A DNA stretch of 41,892 bases from positions 1 to 41,892 of the forward strand of contig CAZZKM010000008.1 in assembly GCA_964655115.1 (NCBI GenBank), given 5' to 3'. Source of the DNA: an uncultured Bifidobacterium sp. (GTDB lineage Bacteria; Actinomycetota; Actinomycetes; S36-B12; UBA5976). Below the pieces are notes generated by a model that worked only from the letters and a program-made list of their open reading frames with translations, had not been told where the DNA came from and did not search any database. Numbering within the stretch: the first letter of the stretch is position 1; the number at the start of each line of letters is the position of its first letter. The translations under genes and the position numbers were made by a program. Positions 1-11,122 of this stretch are shown here, in pieces.

Positions 1-577
1 GATTTGGAGTTGCGATCCTTTGTTGATCATCTGAACTTGAACCTTTAGGTCTTATACCTGGAGTAATCAAGACAATATCTTTACCCACTGCATTTCTAAT
101 CGAAGCAACTTCTTGGGCGCTACACACAATTGCCCTGGCACCAGCTTCTACTGCTAATTCGGCTAATTTAAGAGCACTTTCTTGTGGATCTAGTTTATAT
201 CCAATTTTTTTTATACTTTCTTCATTTATTGAAGTAAGAATTGTAACTGCAGTTATTAAAGTATTTGGTAACGCTTTAACTGCTTCTGCGATCATTTCAG
301 ATCCGCCTGAAGCATGAACAGTTAAATATTTTGGATTAAGTTCTTTTATGGAATTACAAGCACCTTTAACTGTTGCAGGAATGTCATGAAGTTTTAAATC
401 TAAGAAAATATCGCAATCTGTAATTGTTCTAATTTCATTAATTGCTGTTTTTCCGTCTCTAAGATAAGTTTCTAGTCCGATTTTCAAAGTTGATACATAA
501 GAAGAGGCTTCAGTTGTCCATCTTTTGGCTGTTGTTAAATCTGGTGCGTCTAAGGCAAGTGCGATTGGTAGTTTCAT
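1..577 (-). CDS. pyrF: orotidine-5'-phosphate decarboxylase (3' end runs off the window; not in the ORF track)
   Basis: Manual translation from ATG at 577 (ATGA overlap with the pyrD stop) is open to the window edge: MKLPIALALDAPD...KIGLE...IFLDLKLHDIPATV...LTVHASGG...AVTILTS...ITPGIRP..DDQQRIATP; DxKxxD catalytic motif; last gene of the pyr operon. Confidence 0.96.
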   Translation of the reverse strand, partial: MKLPIALALDAPDLTTAKRWTTEASSYVSTLKIGLETYLRDGKTAINEIRTITDCDIFLDLKLHDIPATVKGACNSIKELNPKYLTVHASGGSEMIAEAVKALPNTLITAVTILTSINEESIKKIGYKLDPQESALKLAELAVEAGARAIVCSAQEVASIRNAVGKDIVLITPGIRPKGSSSDDQQRIATPN

Positions 578-1527
578 AATTGTTCTTTATGTGCAGCATT
601 TACTACATCTTTAATGGATCTAATACTTTTTTCTTGCAAAATTTGACTTAGCTCATCATGAATCCTTACGCAAGCTTCTGGGTCATTAAAAACCATTGTC
701 CCAACACTTATTGCATTTGCACCTGCAGCAAAAAATTCCAAGGCATCATTACCATTTCTAATTCCTCCCATACCAAGAATTGGAACTTTAGGTAATGCTT
801 GTCTTATTTGATAAACACATCTAATTGCAACTGGTCTTATTGCAGGACCTGATAATCCACCAGTTTTTCCACTTAACTTTGGTTTCAAAGTGTTTGTGTC
901 AATCACCATTCCCAGCAAAGTATTAATCACGCTTAATCCATCTGCACCTGCACTGACTACTGCTTTTGCAATATGAGCTATGTCAGTTACATCTGGAGAA
1001 AGTTTGGCAAAAATAGGGATAGAACTTGAAGAATTTCTTTTTACTGAATAGATAACTTCAGTTGCTGAATTTGGATCGCAGGCAAATACTAATCCCCTGT
1101 TTTCAACATTTGGACAACTTATATTTACTTCAATTCCTATGACACCTGGAATATCTCTTAATTTTTCCGCAATTTTGCCAAATTCTTCAACACTATTTCC
1201 AGCGATTGAAACAATTGTTCTTGCGCCTTTTTGATTAAGCCAAGCTAAATCTTTTTCAATAAAATCATCAATGCCTGGTCCTTGAAGTCCAATTCCGTTT
1301 AACATTCCACTAGGTGTTTCAGCCATCCTTGGTGTTGCTCTGCCAGATCTTGCTTGAAGCATCACACTTTTTGTAACAACTGCACCTATTGAAGTTATGT
1401 CAATGAATTGATCTAATTCTTTTCCTGCTGCAGCACATCCTGAAGCAGTAAAAACTGGACTGGGCAAAGTTTTATTCATGAATTCAATCGACATATCAAC
1501 AGATGATCTTTTTGGAAACCTCTTCAT
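574..1527 (-). CDS. pyrD: dihydroorotate dehydrogenase, class 1B catalytic subunit
   Basis: ASGC, TKS, MLNGIGLQGPG, EVNISCPN (catalytic Cys), KLSP, INT, GGLSGPAIRP motifs; adjacent to pyrK; ATG at 1527 (TGATG overlap) preferred over TTG at 1530. Confidence 0.95.
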   Translation of the reverse strand: MKRFPKRSSVDMSIEFMNKTLPSPVFTASGCAAAGKELDQFIDITSIGAVVTKSVMLQARSGRATPRMAETPSGMLNGIGLQGPGIDDFIEKDLAWLNQKGARTIVSIAGNSVEEFGKIAEKLRDIPGVIGIEVNISCPNVENRGLVFACDPNSATEVIYSVKRNSSSSIPIFAKLSPDVTDIAHIAKAVVSAGADGLSVINTLLGMVIDTNTLKPKLSGKTGGLSGPAIRPVAIRCVYQIRQALPKVPILGMGGIRNGNDALEFFAAGANAISVGTMVFNDPEACVRIHDELSQILQEKSIRSIKDVVNAAHKEQL

Positions 1528-2381
1528 CAATGATCTCCAATTCTTGGAGCACCATAGGTGTCTTCTGGAATAGTTCCGACTTCACTCCAACGCACTTTGT
1601 CTCCACGAAAATTTGGACCGTCAACACAAGAACGAAGCATTCTTGTAATGCCATCATCACCAATTACAGGTAATACGCAAGTCATACAAACTCCGATACC
1701 GCAAGCCATAGATTCTTCAACACTAGTTTGAGAAACAATTCCGTGCATAGTTGCAACTTTTGAAACTGCTTCAAGCATTTTCATCGGTCCACATGCGTAT
1801 ACAACAGCCGCATTTGTTTTATTTATAACTTCTGGAAGTACATCTGTAACTTTTCCCATTTGTCCTGAAGAACCGTCATCTGTTGTAACCGTTAAAGTTG
1901 TAGACAATCTTCTTGCTTCTAACATTCCAAATAATTTTTCAGCACTTGAAGCACCTAAAATAAAATCAACTCTGCAATTTCTTTTAGCTAAGGCTTCAGC
2001 CAAAGTAAATAAAGGAGCAGCTCCGTATCCTCCACCAACTAAAATGCAAGGAACAGAATTTTTTGGAAGACTAAAAGGTTTTCCTAACGGTCCGACAAGA
2101 TTAATGGGATCGTTTCTTTTTAAATTTGCTAAGTAATCTGTGCCAGGTCCATGAGGTGAAACAACTATGTCAACTGTTCCGCCATAAACTCCACGATCAT
2201 TAACCTGATAAATACTGAAAGCTCTTCTTAGAATTAAGGAACTTCTTTCATCCCCAATAGCAACAGCCACAAAATTTCCTGGTTTAAATTCTTTAGGCAT
2301 ATCGGCAGCAGTTGCTGTAATTACGAAATAACTTCCTATTTTTTTATTGTCAACTACAACGCCTTGGTGAACTATTGGCAT
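1527..2381 (-). CDS. pyrK: dihydroorotate dehydrogenase electron transfer subunit (FAD, 2Fe-2S)
   Basis: LRRAFS flavin motif, GPLG.PF, VGGGYGAAPL, YACGP, EESMACGIGVCMTCV...RSCVDGP 2Fe-2S motif; between carB and pyrD. Confidence 0.93.
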   Translation of the reverse strand: MPIVHQGVVVDNKKIGSYFVITATAADMPKEFKPGNFVAVAIGDERSSLILRRAFSIYQVNDRGVYGGTVDIVVSPHGPGTDYLANLKRNDPINLVGPLGKPFSLPKNSVPCILVGGGYGAAPLFTLAEALAKRNCRVDFILGASSAEKLFGMLEARRLSTTLTVTTDDGSSGQMGKVTDVLPEVINKTNAAVVYACGPMKMLEAVSKVATMHGIVSQTSVEESMACGIGVCMTCVLPVIGDDGITRMLRSCVDGPNFRGDKVRWSEVGTIPEDTYGAPRIGDH

Positions 2382-5300
2382 TTACGAAACCATTTTTTCT
2401 CTTGCCGAATTGATGTCTTTTGCCCACTCTTGCAGAGATTTAACTTTAAAACCAGATGTTTGAAGTGATTCGATTCCAGCTAAAGCTGCCTTTAAACCTT
2501 GAGCGGTAGTTATACATGGCACTGACATATCTGTTGCTGCAGTTCTAATTTGATAACCATCGGTTCTTGGGCCAACTCCGTAAGGAGTGTTAACTACAAG
2601 ATCAATGTCACCATTTCTTATAGCTTGAACCGAAGTTGTTTCGCCTTCAACTTCTCCTAAATGATGTTTGCGTAATTGTTTTGATTCAATACCAAAATTC
2701 TTGATGTAGCTTGCAGTCCCGCTAGAAGCAAAAATATTAAAACCTAACTCTTTAAGTTTTTTGATTAAATCAACCATTGATTCTTTGTCTCTATCTGCAA
2801 TTGACACAAAAACGTTGCCAGCCAAAGGTAAGCCACCTGTATATGCTCCACTTTGTGCTTTTGCAAATGCAGTACCAAATGTTGTATCTATCCCCATAAC
2901 TTCTCCGGTTGATTTCATCTCTGGTCCAAGAATTGAATCAACACCTCTGAAACGTCCAAAAGGTAATACAGCTTCTTTTACTGCAATTGGACTTTCATTA
3001 AACGTTGTAGCGCCATCGCCCTGTTTTGGAAGAACTCCTTCTTTTCTTAAATCTTTTATTGTGGCGCCAAGCATTATTCGAGCGCAAGCTTTTGCCAATG
3101 AAATTCCTGTTGCTTTTGAAACAAATGGAACTGTTCTTGAAGCTCTTGGATTTGCTTCTAATACATATAAAGTTTCACCCGCAAGTGCATATTGCACATT
3201 CATTAAGCCGATTACTCCAATACCTGTACCTATTGCATAAGTGCTTTGCCTAATTTGCTCAATATGTTTACTTGTCAAGGAAATTGGGGGAAGAGAGCAA
3301 GCAGAATCACCGGAGTGAACTCCTGCTTCTTCAATGTGTTCCATGATGCCACCTAAAAACATTTCTTCACCGTCAAATAACGCATCGACGTCAATTTCCA
3401 AAGCATCATCTAAAAATCGATCAACCAAAACTGGATGTTCAGGATTTATTTGAGTTGCTTTTTCAATGTACTTAAGTAACATCTCTTCGTCATAAACAAT
3501 TTCCATTCCCCGACCTCCTAAAACATAGGAAGGTCGAACTAAAACTGGATAACCAATCCTTGAAGCAATTTCTTTTGCCTCTATAAATGATGAGGCCATT
3601 CCATGTTCAGGAGAAATTAATTTGGCTTTTTCTAAAACCTCTCCAAAAGCTCCTCTTTCTTCTGCAAGATGTATTGCTTCAGGACTTGTCCCAACAATTG
3701 GTACGGAATTATCCTTCAATTTTTGAGCTAAACCAAGTGGAGTCTGGCCACCTAATTGCACAATTACTCCAATTAACTTTCCAGATTGTTTTTCTGCGTA
3801 TACAACTTCTAATACATCTTCAAGAGTTAGCGGTTCAAAATAAAGCCTGTCTGACGTGTCATAATCTGTTGAAACAGTTTCAGGATTGCAATTAACCATA
3901 ATCGTTTCAAATCCTGCCAGTTTTAAAGTCTGAGCAGCATGAACACATGAATAATCAAATTCAATACCTTGACCAATTCTATTTGGACCTGATCCTAAAA
4001 TAATTACTTTATTTTTATTAGACTTTGCAACTTCAGTTTCTTGATCATAACTTGAGTAGTGATAAGGAGTTTTAGCTTCAAATTCAGCAGCACAAGTATC
4101 AACAGTTTTATAAACTGGTCTTAAATTTAAACTAATTCTAAAATTTCGAATTTCATCTTCTGTTGAATCTCTAAGTTGGGCTATTTGTTGATCAGAAAAC
4201 CCATGTGACTTTGCATATTTGAGTAAATCAAAATCTAATTGTTTAGCACTTTTAACTTCATAAGCTATTTCATTTATCAACTTAATTTGATCTAAAAACC
4301 ATGGATCAATCGCACTTGCTTTATAAACTTCCTCAAGTGCAATACCAGCAAGTAAAGATCTTTGGACTGAATTAATTCTTCCATCTGTCGGATATTTACA
4401 TTGTTCAATCAATTCTTCTTTAGTTTCTTTAACTTCTGAAAAATCAAATTGAGCATCTTTCTTCTCTAAACTACGTAATGCTTTCTGTAGAGCCTCACTA
4501 AAGTTTCTTCCAATCGCCATTGCCTCCCCCACACTTTTCATGTGAGTAGTCAATTTGGTGTCTGCCCCTGGAAATTTCTCAAAAGCAAAACGTGGGACTT
4601 TAACCACCACGTAATCAAGAGTAGGTTCAAAAGAAGCTGGAGTTTCTTTAGTTATGTCATTTGGAATCTCATCAAGGGTGTAGCCAATTGCTAATTTAGC
4701 TGCAATTTTTGCAATCGGAAAACCAGTTGCTTTTGATGCAAGTGCAGAAGATCTTGAAACTCTTGGATTCATTTCAATAACAATCATGCGACCATCGATT
4801 GGATTAATCGCAAATTGAATATTGCAACCACCAGTATCGACTCCGACTTCCCTAATTACAGCTATGGCAATGTCTCGCATATGTTGATATTCGCGATCAG
4901 TCAAAGTCATAGCTGGAGCAACCGTAATTGAATCACCCGTGTGCACACCCATGGGATCAAAATTTTCAATCGAGCAAATTATCACCACGTTATCGTGGTG
5001 ATCTCTCATTAATTCAAGTTCAAATTCTTTCCATCCAATTATGCTTTCTTCCAATAAAACTTCACTTGTAGGAGATGCTTGTAAACCTGTTGCAACAAAT
5101 TTGATTAAATCTTCTTCGTTATAAGCAATTCCAGATCCGGCTCCGCCCATTGTAAAAGATGGTCTAACAACTAATGGGTAACCAAGTTTTTTTGCCGAAT
5201 CTAAACATTCTGTTAATGAATGACAAATATCACTTTTTGCAGAGTTACCGCCAATTTTTGCAACGATACTTTTAAATTTCTCTCTATTTTCACCACGTTC

Positions 5301-5669
5301 AATTGCTTCTACTTTTGCACCAATCAATTCAACTTTATATTTATCTAAGATTCCTTCTTTATGCAAAGCCATTGCTGCATTAAGTGCAGTTTGTCCTCCA
5401 AGAGTTGGCAAAATTGCATCTGGTTTTTCTTTTTGAATTATTTTTTCCAAAATATCTGTGGTTATGGGTTCTACATATGTTGCATCAGCAAATTCTGGAT
5501 CCGTCATAATCGTGGCTGGATTGCTATTAAGAAGAATTACTCTTATTCCTTCAGACTTTAAAACTCGACATGCTTGAGTTCCGGAATAATCAAACTCACA
5601 AGCTTGACCAATCACAATTGGTCCAGAACCAATAACTAATACAGAATTTATGTCTTTTCTTTTTGGCAT
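2382..5669 (-). CDS. carB: carbamoyl-phosphate synthase large subunit
   Basis: [28 protein letters not shown]; duplicated ATP-grasp halves ([15 protein letters not shown]); C-terminal MGS domain; 1095 aa. Confidence 0.99.
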   Translation of the reverse strand: MPKRKDINSVLVIGSGPIVIGQACEFDYSGTQACRVLKSEGIRVILLNSNPATIMTDPEFADATYVEPITTDILEKIIQKEKPDAILPTLGGQTALNAAMALHKEGILDKYKVELIGAKVEAIERGENREKFKSIVAKIGGNSAKSDICHSLTECLDSAKKLGYPLVVRPSFTMGGAGSGIAYNEEDLIKFVATGLQASPTSEVLLEESIIGWKEFELELMRDHHDNVVIICSIENFDPMGVHTGDSITVAPAMTLTDREYQHMRDIAIAVIREVGVDTGGCNIQFAINPIDGRMIVIEMNPRVSRSSALASKATGFPIAKIAAKLAIGYTLDEIPNDITKETPASFEPTLDYVVVKVPRFAFEKFPGADTKLTTHMKSVGEAMAIGRNFSEALQKALRSLEKKDAQFDFSEVKETKEELIEQCKYPTDGRINSVQRSLLAGIALEEVYKASAIDPWFLDQIKLINEIAYEVKSAKQLDFDLLKYAKSHGFSDQQIAQLRDSTEDEIRNFRISLNLRPVYKTVDTCAAEFEAKTPYHYSSYDQETEVAKSNKNKVIILGSGPNRIGQGIEFDYSCVHAAQTLKLAGFETIMVNCNPETVSTDYDTSDRLYFEPLTLEDVLEVVYAEKQSGKLIGVIVQLGGQTPLGLAQKLKDNSVPIVGTSPEAIHLAEERGAFGEVLEKAKLISPEHGMASSFIEAKEIASRIGYPVLVRPSYVLGGRGMEIVYDEEMLLKYIEKATQINPEHPVLVDRFLDDALEIDVDALFDGEEMFLGGIMEHIEEAGVHSGDSACSLPPISLTSKHIEQIRQSTYAIGTGIGVIGLMNVQYALAGETLYVLEANPRASRTVPFVSKATGISLAKACARIMLGATIKDLRKEGVLPKQGDGATTFNESPIAVKEAVLPFGRFRGVDSILGPEMKSTGEVMGIDTTFGTAFAKAQSGAYTGGLPLAGNVFVSIADRDKESMVDLIKKLKELGFNIFASSGTASYIKNFGIESKQLRKHHLGEVEGETTSVQAIRNGDIDLVVNTPYGVGPRTDGYQIRTAATDMSVPCITTAQGLKAALAGIESLQTSGFKVKSLQEWAKDINSAREKMVS

Positions 5670-6787
5670 TATTTTTTACTCATCAATTCAGTGAACCGAT
5701 CAAATAAATAATCTGCATCATGTGGGCCTGCCGCAGCTTCTGGATGATATTGAACACTAAAAGCTTTTTTGTCTTTTAATGCCAATCCTTCAACAACATT
5801 GTCATTCAAACAAATGTGGCTAACAAATACTCGTCCAAATTCTGATTCACTTTCTCTATCAATTGGCGCTTTGACAGCAAAGCCATGGTTATGAGTTGTT
5901 ATTTCAACTTTTCCGGTAGTTAGATCCATGACTGGTTGATTTATACCCCGATGGCCAAAGGTTAGTTTGTAGGTATCAAAACCAACTGCTCTGCCTAAAA
6001 TCTGGTTTCCAAAACAAATTCCAAAAAGTGGAATGTTCTCTTTTAATATTCGTCTAGTTAATTCAATTGCGTGATTTGCAGTAGCTGGATCTCCTGGTCC
6101 ATTACTTAAAAAAATGCCATCAACTTTGCTTTTCACAATTTCATCAAAGCTGGAGGTGACAGGAAGAACTTCTAATTCAATTCCTCTGCTGGTTAAGCGA
6201 TTTAGGATTCCGTTTTTAATTCCTAAATCAAGAGCAGCCACTTTAAATTTTTTAGTTCCTTTTGCCTCAACTTTAAAAGATTTTTCAGTTGTAACCGCTC
6301 CGCACAAGTCTGCGCCTTTCATTTGCGGAGAATTTAGTACTTTTTGTATAAAATATTCTTTATTTTTTTCATCAATTTTGTCAGAAAATATTCCTGCACG
6401 CATTGCACCTTTATCGCGAAGATGCCTAGTTAGCGATCTTGTGTCGATACCAGAAATTGAAATTATATTTTGATTTCTTAATTCATCTTCTAATGATCTT
6501 TTTGATCTCCAATTTGATGAAATTCTGGATGGATCTCTAACCACATAACCTGATACCCAAATTTTTCTTGATTCATCATCCTCATCATTGATTCCTGTGT
6601 TTCCAATGTGAGGAGCGGTTTGAATAACAATTTGTTGATAATAAGACGGATCAGTCAATGTTTCTTGATAGCCAGTCATACCAGTTGTGAAAACCGCTTC
6701 TCCGAATGTTTCTCCAATTGAGCCATATGCTCTACCTCGATAAATTGAACCATCTTCAAGAACCAGTAATGCAGGTGAGAAACTCAT
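5669..6787 (-). CDS. carA: carbamoyl-phosphate synthase small subunit
   Basis: [39 protein letters not shown] glutaminase triad. Confidence 0.98.
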   Translation of the reverse strand: MSFSPALLVLEDGSIYRGRAYGSIGETFGEAVFTTGMTGYQETLTDPSYYQQIVIQTAPHIGNTGINDEDDESRKIWVSGYVVRDPSRISSNWRSKRSLEDELRNQNIISISGIDTRSLTRHLRDKGAMRAGIFSDKIDEKNKEYFIQKVLNSPQMKGADLCGAVTTEKSFKVEAKGTKKFKVAALDLGIKNGILNRLTSRGIELEVLPVTSSFDEIVKSKVDGIFLSNGPGDPATANHAIELTRRILKENIPLFGICFGNQILGRAVGFDTYKLTFGHRGINQPVMDLTTGKVEITTHNHGFAVKAPIDRESESEFGRVFVSHICLNDNVVEGLALKDKKAFSVQYHPEAAAGPHDADYLFDRFTELMSKK

Positions 6788-8073
6788 GAAACTATCTCAC
6801 CGCTTTTAAAAGTGAATTTGCCTCTATGAATCGTGTGAATTACTTTACTTTTGAGTTTCAAACCATCATAAGGATTATTTTTGCTTAATGAGTGAGTTTT
6901 ATTCGCATCCACAGTCCATTCAAAATCAGGATCAATTACACAAAGATTTGCTATTTCATTTTCTCTAATAGGTCTTCCATGATCTGTTAATTGCGCTATT
7001 TTTGCGGGAGTCTCACTCATGACTCTTGCAATATCTGACCAACTCATTTTTTTGCTTTTTAACATCACAGTTGCGACAACTGAAAGTGCAGTTTCTAATC
7101 CGGTCATACCAAATGCTGCTTGATTCCATTCTCCTTCTTTGTCTTCTGCTGGATGAGGAGCATGATCTGTCGCGACAACATCAATTACTCCACTAGCTAA
7201 AGCCTCTTGTAAGGCAACTAGATCTTCTTGACTTCTTAATGGAGGATTAACTTTGAACCTGGCGTCATATTCACGACAATTGTCTTCAGTTAGAAGTAAA
7301 TGGTGTGGAGTTACTTCAGCAGTTACTTTGATTCCTTTTTGTTTTGCCCATTTTAATATCTCAACCGTTCCAGCAGTTGATGCATGACAAATATGTAGTT
7401 TTGAATCTACGTGTTCTGCTAGTAATACATCTCGTGCCACGATTGATTCTTCTGCAACAGAGGGCCAACCAACTAGTCCTAATTGACCTGAAAGTAAAGA
7501 TTCATTCATTTGAGAATTTTGAGTAAGTCTTGGTTCTTGGGCATGTTGTGCAATGACTCCATCAAATGCTTTGACATATTCCAGTGCTCTTCGCATTAAA
7601 ACTGGATCATGAACGCATTTTCCATCATCACTAAAGATTTTCACATTTGCTCTAGATTGCGCCATCGCAGAAAGTTCTGCTAGTTGTTCACCATTTAATC
7701 CAACTGTTACAGCTCCTACAGGAATTACATCAACTAAACCAATTCTTTGACCTAAATTCCAAACTTGTTCTACAACTCCTGCCGTATCTGCAACAGGCAA
7801 AGTATTTGCCATTGCATGAACTGCGGTAAAACCACCAGCTGCTGCTGCTTTACTTCCTGTTTCAATTGTTTCTGAGTCTTCTCGACCTGGTTCTCTCAAA
7901 TGTGTGTGAAGATCAACCAGGCCTGGAAGTAAAATTTTTCCTGATAAATCCAAAGTTTGAGCATCTGGTGCAAGAATTGTATTTGGTTTTGCAATTTGTT
8001 TTATCTTTTGATTTTCGATTAAAACATCGTGACTACTTTCACCTTTTACATTGATATTTTTTAATAAAATCAT
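6784..8073 (-). CDS. pyrC: dihydroorotase
   Basis: [40 protein letters not shown] motifs; pyr operon. Confidence 0.96.
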   Translation of the reverse strand: MILLKNINVKGESSHDVLIENQKIKQIAKPNTILAPDAQTLDLSGKILLPGLVDLHTHLREPGREDSETIETGSKAAAAGGFTAVHAMANTLPVADTAGVVEQVWNLGQRIGLVDVIPVGAVTVGLNGEQLAELSAMAQSRANVKIFSDDGKCVHDPVLMRRALEYVKAFDGVIAQHAQEPRLTQNSQMNESLLSGQLGLVGWPSVAEESIVARDVLLAEHVDSKLHICHASTAGTVEILKWAKQKGIKVTAEVTPHHLLLTEDNCREYDARFKVNPPLRSQEDLVALQEALASGVIDVVATDHAPHPAEDKEGEWNQAAFGMTGLETALSVVATVMLKSKKMSWSDIARVMSETPAKIAQLTDHGRPIRENEIANLCVIDPDFEWTVDANKTHSLSKNNPYDGLKLKSKVIHTIHRGKFTFKSGEIVS

Positions 8074-9026
8074 GAGTTTACTTTTTCTCCTTCGGTTTGA
8101 GATCCACCTAAAAGTAAATAAAGAACGGCCATTCGAACACTTACTCCATTTGCTACTTGTTCGATTACTACGGAGTTTGTGCTGTCTGCGACTTCAGCTG
8201 TAATTTCCATGCCACGATTCATTGGTCCTGGATGAAGAACTAAAGCATTTTTCTTCATCTTTTTTAATCTGCCCGAATTCAATCCAAAATTTCTTGAATA
8301 CTCTCTAGCCGTTGGAAAATATGCCGCAGTCATTCTTTCTTGTTGAACTCTTAGCATCATGACTGCATCAACATCTTCAATAACTTCATCTAAGTTATAT
8401 GAATACTCACATTCCCAATCTTTTATTCCCTGCGGCATTAAAGTAGGTGGTGCCACCATTACAGGTGTTGCACCAAGTTTTTTTATTAAGAGTGCGTTAC
8501 TTCTAGCAACTCTGCTATGCAAGATATCTCCAACTACAGCAATTCTTAATCCTGCTAGGTCACCTTGATTATTTTTTAAATGTTTTCGAATAGTGAAAGA
8601 ATCAAGTAAGGCTTGAGTGGGATGCTCGTGTGTACCATCTCCTGCGTTAACAACAACTGCATTGATCCAATTTCTAGTAGCAAGAAGATTTGGCGCTCCC
8701 GAAGCTGGGTGTCTTATTACAACTGCATCAGCTCCCATAGATTGCAAAGTTTGAGCAGTGTCTTTTAAACTTTCACCTTTAGAAACACTTGAACCTTTGG
8801 CGCTAAAATTAATAACGTCTGCACTCAATCTTTTTGCTGCAGCCTCAAAAGAGATTCTCGTTCTAGTACTATCTTCAAAAAATAAATTTACTATTGTTCT
8901 TCCTCTTAAAGTTGGTAATTTTTTCACAGGGCGATCAGCAATCTGTGCTAATTCTTTTGCAGTATCAAGAATTAAGATTGCATCATCTTTTGTTAAATCA
9001 TTTATAGAAACAAGATGTCTATTCAT
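8070..9026 (-). CDS. pyrB: aspartate carbamoyltransferase catalytic subunit
   Basis: [44 protein letters not shown]. Confidence 0.98.
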   Translation of the reverse strand: MNRHLVSINDLTKDDAILILDTAKELAQIADRPVKKLPTLRGRTIVNLFFEDSTRTRISFEAAAKRLSADVINFSAKGSSVSKGESLKDTAQTLQSMGADAVVIRHPASGAPNLLATRNWINAVVVNAGDGTHEHPTQALLDSFTIRKHLKNNQGDLAGLRIAVVGDILHSRVARSNALLIKKLGATPVMVAPPTLMPQGIKDWECEYSYNLDEVIEDVDAVMMLRVQQERMTAAYFPTAREYSRNFGLNSGRLKKMKKNALVLHPGPMNRGMEITAEVADSTNSVVIEQVANGVSVRMAVLYLLLGGSQTEGEKVNS

Positions 9027-9586
9027 TCAGTATCTTCATTCGAAATCGTTACTTTTTCTAGACCGTCATCTAGTTCATTTAAAAGAACTTTTACCTGTTC
9101 ATTAATAGATGTTGGAATGTTTTTGCCTACATAATCAGCTCGAATTGGTAAATCTCTATGTCCACGATCAACTAAAACAGCCACTTGTACTTTAGATGGC
9201 CTTCCTATGTCATTTATGGCATCAAGGGCAGCTCGGATTGTTCTTCCTGAAAATAAAACATCATCTACCAAAATCACTACTTTGTTATCGATTCCGCCTT
9301 CAGGAATTAATGTTTGTGCTAATGCTCTTGGTGGTCTAAGTCTTAAATCATCTCGATACATTGTGATATCAAGTGAACCTGCTTGAATATTTGATTTTTC
9401 AAATTCATTAATTTTGTCAGCAATTCGATTGGCTAAAGGAACACCTCTAGAAGGAATTCCCAAAATAACAATATTTTGAACACCTTTATTATTTTCTAAA
9501 ATTTCGTGAGAGATTCGAGAAAGTGCTCGAGAAATATCGGATGATTCAAGAACAATGCGTTCTAGATGACGAGAATTTGCACTCAT
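9023..9586 (-). CDS. pyrR: bifunctional pyrimidine regulatory protein PyrR / uracil phosphoribosyltransferase
   Basis: [52 protein letters not shown]; start reassigned to ATG 9586 (downstream of AAGGAGGT) because the ORF-track GTG at 9616 lies inside the RNA element. Confidence 0.97.
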   Translation of the reverse strand: MSANSRHLERIVLESSDISRALSRISHEILENNKGVQNIVILGIPSRGVPLANRIADKINEFEKSNIQAGSLDITMYRDDLRLRPPRALAQTLIPEGGIDNKVVILVDDVLFSGRTIRAALDAINDIGRPSKVQVAVLVDRGHRDLPIRADYVGKNIPTSINEQVKVLLNELDDGLEKVTISNEDTE

Positions 9587-9597
9587 TGTGCTTCTCG

Positions 9598-9634
9598 ACC
9601 TCCTTCTCCGCCTCACGGGACGGTCTTAAAGGAT
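9598..9634 (-). promoter_or_regulatory. PyrR-binding RNA stem-loop overlapping the pyrR Shine-Dalgarno sequence
   Basis: Minus strand reads ATCCTTTAAGACCGTCCCGTGAGGCGGAGAAGGAGGT: CTTTAA and GTCCnGnGAGG PyrR-site consensus segments; TCCTT pairs with AAGGA of the SD; GC-rich island in AT-rich DNA. Confidence 0.9.
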
Positions 9635-9650
9635 GCCTTACTAAAACTTT

Positions 9651-9659
9651 AGATTAGCA
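9651..9659 (-). promoter_or_regulatory. candidate extended -10 promoter for the pyr operon
   Basis: TGCTAATCT (TGn-TAnnnT) about 16 nt upstream of the PyrR site. Confidence 0.45.
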
Positions 9660-9666
9660 GATTAAA

Positions 9667-11094
9667 TTAACTTTCATCTGCACCAGTTCCAACTTTATGA
9701 ACTCGCATGCCATTTGTTGTACCAGGAACTCCAGGTGGCACACCGGCCACAACTACAACTAATTCACCGTATTTTGCATAATCATTTTCCGTTAAATATC
9801 TATCAACTTGAGCAACCATTTCATCTGTATGTTTAACAGTGTCTGCATGAAAAACCTGACATCCCCAGATCAAAGATAACTGTCGTTGCACCGATTGTTC
9901 AGTTGTAAAAGCAAGAATCGGAGTTGTTGATCTGTGACGCGCCATCAAACGAACACTTCGACCAGTTTCGGTAAAACCAATTAAATATTTTGCATTAATT
10001 GCTTTTCCAACAGCTACGGCTGCCGTGGTTAGAGCTCTACCGGTACTTCCTTTTGACTCAATCTCTAATTTTGGTAGTTGCTCTAAGGCTTCTTCTTCTA
10101 CATGTTCGATAATTTTTGCCATTGTTTCAACCACTAATACTGGATTTTCTCCAACGCTGGTTTCCCCGCTTAGCATTAATGCATCTGCTCCATCAAGAAC
10201 TGCGTTCGCGACATCACTAGCTTCTGCTCTTGTTGGTCGTGAAGCTGAAATCATTGATTCCAGCATTTGTGTGGCTACGATTACTGGTTTTCCCACTTGT
10301 CTTGCTAATTGAATAGCATTTTTTTGCACTAATGGAACTTCTTCTAATGGTAATTCGACACCGAGGTCTCCACGAGCGATCATAATTGCGTCAAATGACT
10401 GAAGAATTTGTTCTAGGTTTGAAACTGCTTGCGGTTTTTCAATTTTTGCAACTACTGGAATTTTTCTTCCAGATTTCTCCATAATTTTATGCACATCATC
10501 AATATCATTTGCATTTCTTACAAATGAAAGCGCAATAAGATCGCATCCATTTTCTAATGCCCAAACTAAATCTTTTTCATCTTTTTGTGAAAGTGCTGGA
10601 ACATTTACTGAGACCCCCGGTAAATTAATTCCCTTGTTGTTGGAAATTGTTCCACCTTCAATGACTTTGGTGATGACATCATTTCCTTTGACTTCCAAGG
10701 CTTCTAGTCGAATTTTTCCATCGTCGATTAATAAAGCATCACCTTTTTTAACATCTTGACATAAACCTTTGTAAGTTGTGGAAACTTTTTCTTTGTCGCC
10801 TGAATAATCATCGGTTGTGATGATAAATTTTTGACCATTTATCAGTGATACTGGCCCATTGCCAAATGTTCCAACTCTAATTTTTGGGCCTTGTAAATCT
10901 GCTAGAACTGCAATTTCTTTACCTAATTCTTTTGATGCACTTCTGATTAGATCTAATCTTCTTTTGTGATCTTGATGATCACCATGGGACATATTAAGTC
11001 TTGCAACATTAAGACCAGAATTTATAAGTTTTTTAACTACATTAATGTCATCAGTAGAAGGACCAAGGGTTGCAACTATCTTAGCTCTTCTCAT
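9667..11094 (-). CDS. pyk: pyruvate kinase
   Basis: MRRAKIVATLGP, ARLNMSHG, DLQGPKIRVG (K+-independent type signature), AKIEKP, ARGDLGVE, ATQMLESM, PTRAE, MLSGET. Confidence 0.98.
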   Translation of the reverse strand: MRRAKIVATLGPSTDDINVVKKLINSGLNVARLNMSHGDHQDHKRRLDLIRSASKELGKEIAVLADLQGPKIRVGTFGNGPVSLINGQKFIITTDDYSGDKEKVSTTYKGLCQDVKKGDALLIDDGKIRLEALEVKGNDVITKVIEGGTISNNKGINLPGVSVNVPALSQKDEKDLVWALENGCDLIALSFVRNANDIDDVHKIMEKSGRKIPVVAKIEKPQAVSNLEQILQSFDAIMIARGDLGVELPLEEVPLVQKNAIQLARQVGKPVIVATQMLESMISASRPTRAEASDVANAVLDGADALMLSGETSVGENPVLVVETMAKIIEHVEEEALEQLPKLEIESKGSTGRALTTAAVAVGKAINAKYLIGFTETGRSVRLMARHRSTTPILAFTTEQSVQRQLSLIWGCQVFHADTVKHTDEMVAQVDRYLTENDYAKYGELVVVVAGVPPGVPGTTNGMRVHKVGTGADES

Positions 11095-11122
11095 ATATTC
11101 ATATTCTATTCAATAGTTTGAT

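Noticed and set aside
9587-9616. Arg-rich N-terminal extension [10 protein letters not shown] of PyrR, resembling a leader peptide
   Set aside because: It is the translation of the PyrR-site/SD sequence; ATG 9586 has the SD
11106-11116. Palindrome CTATT-C-AATAG overlapping the candidate pyk -10
   Set aside because: Short and AT-rich, expected by chance; no second copy found
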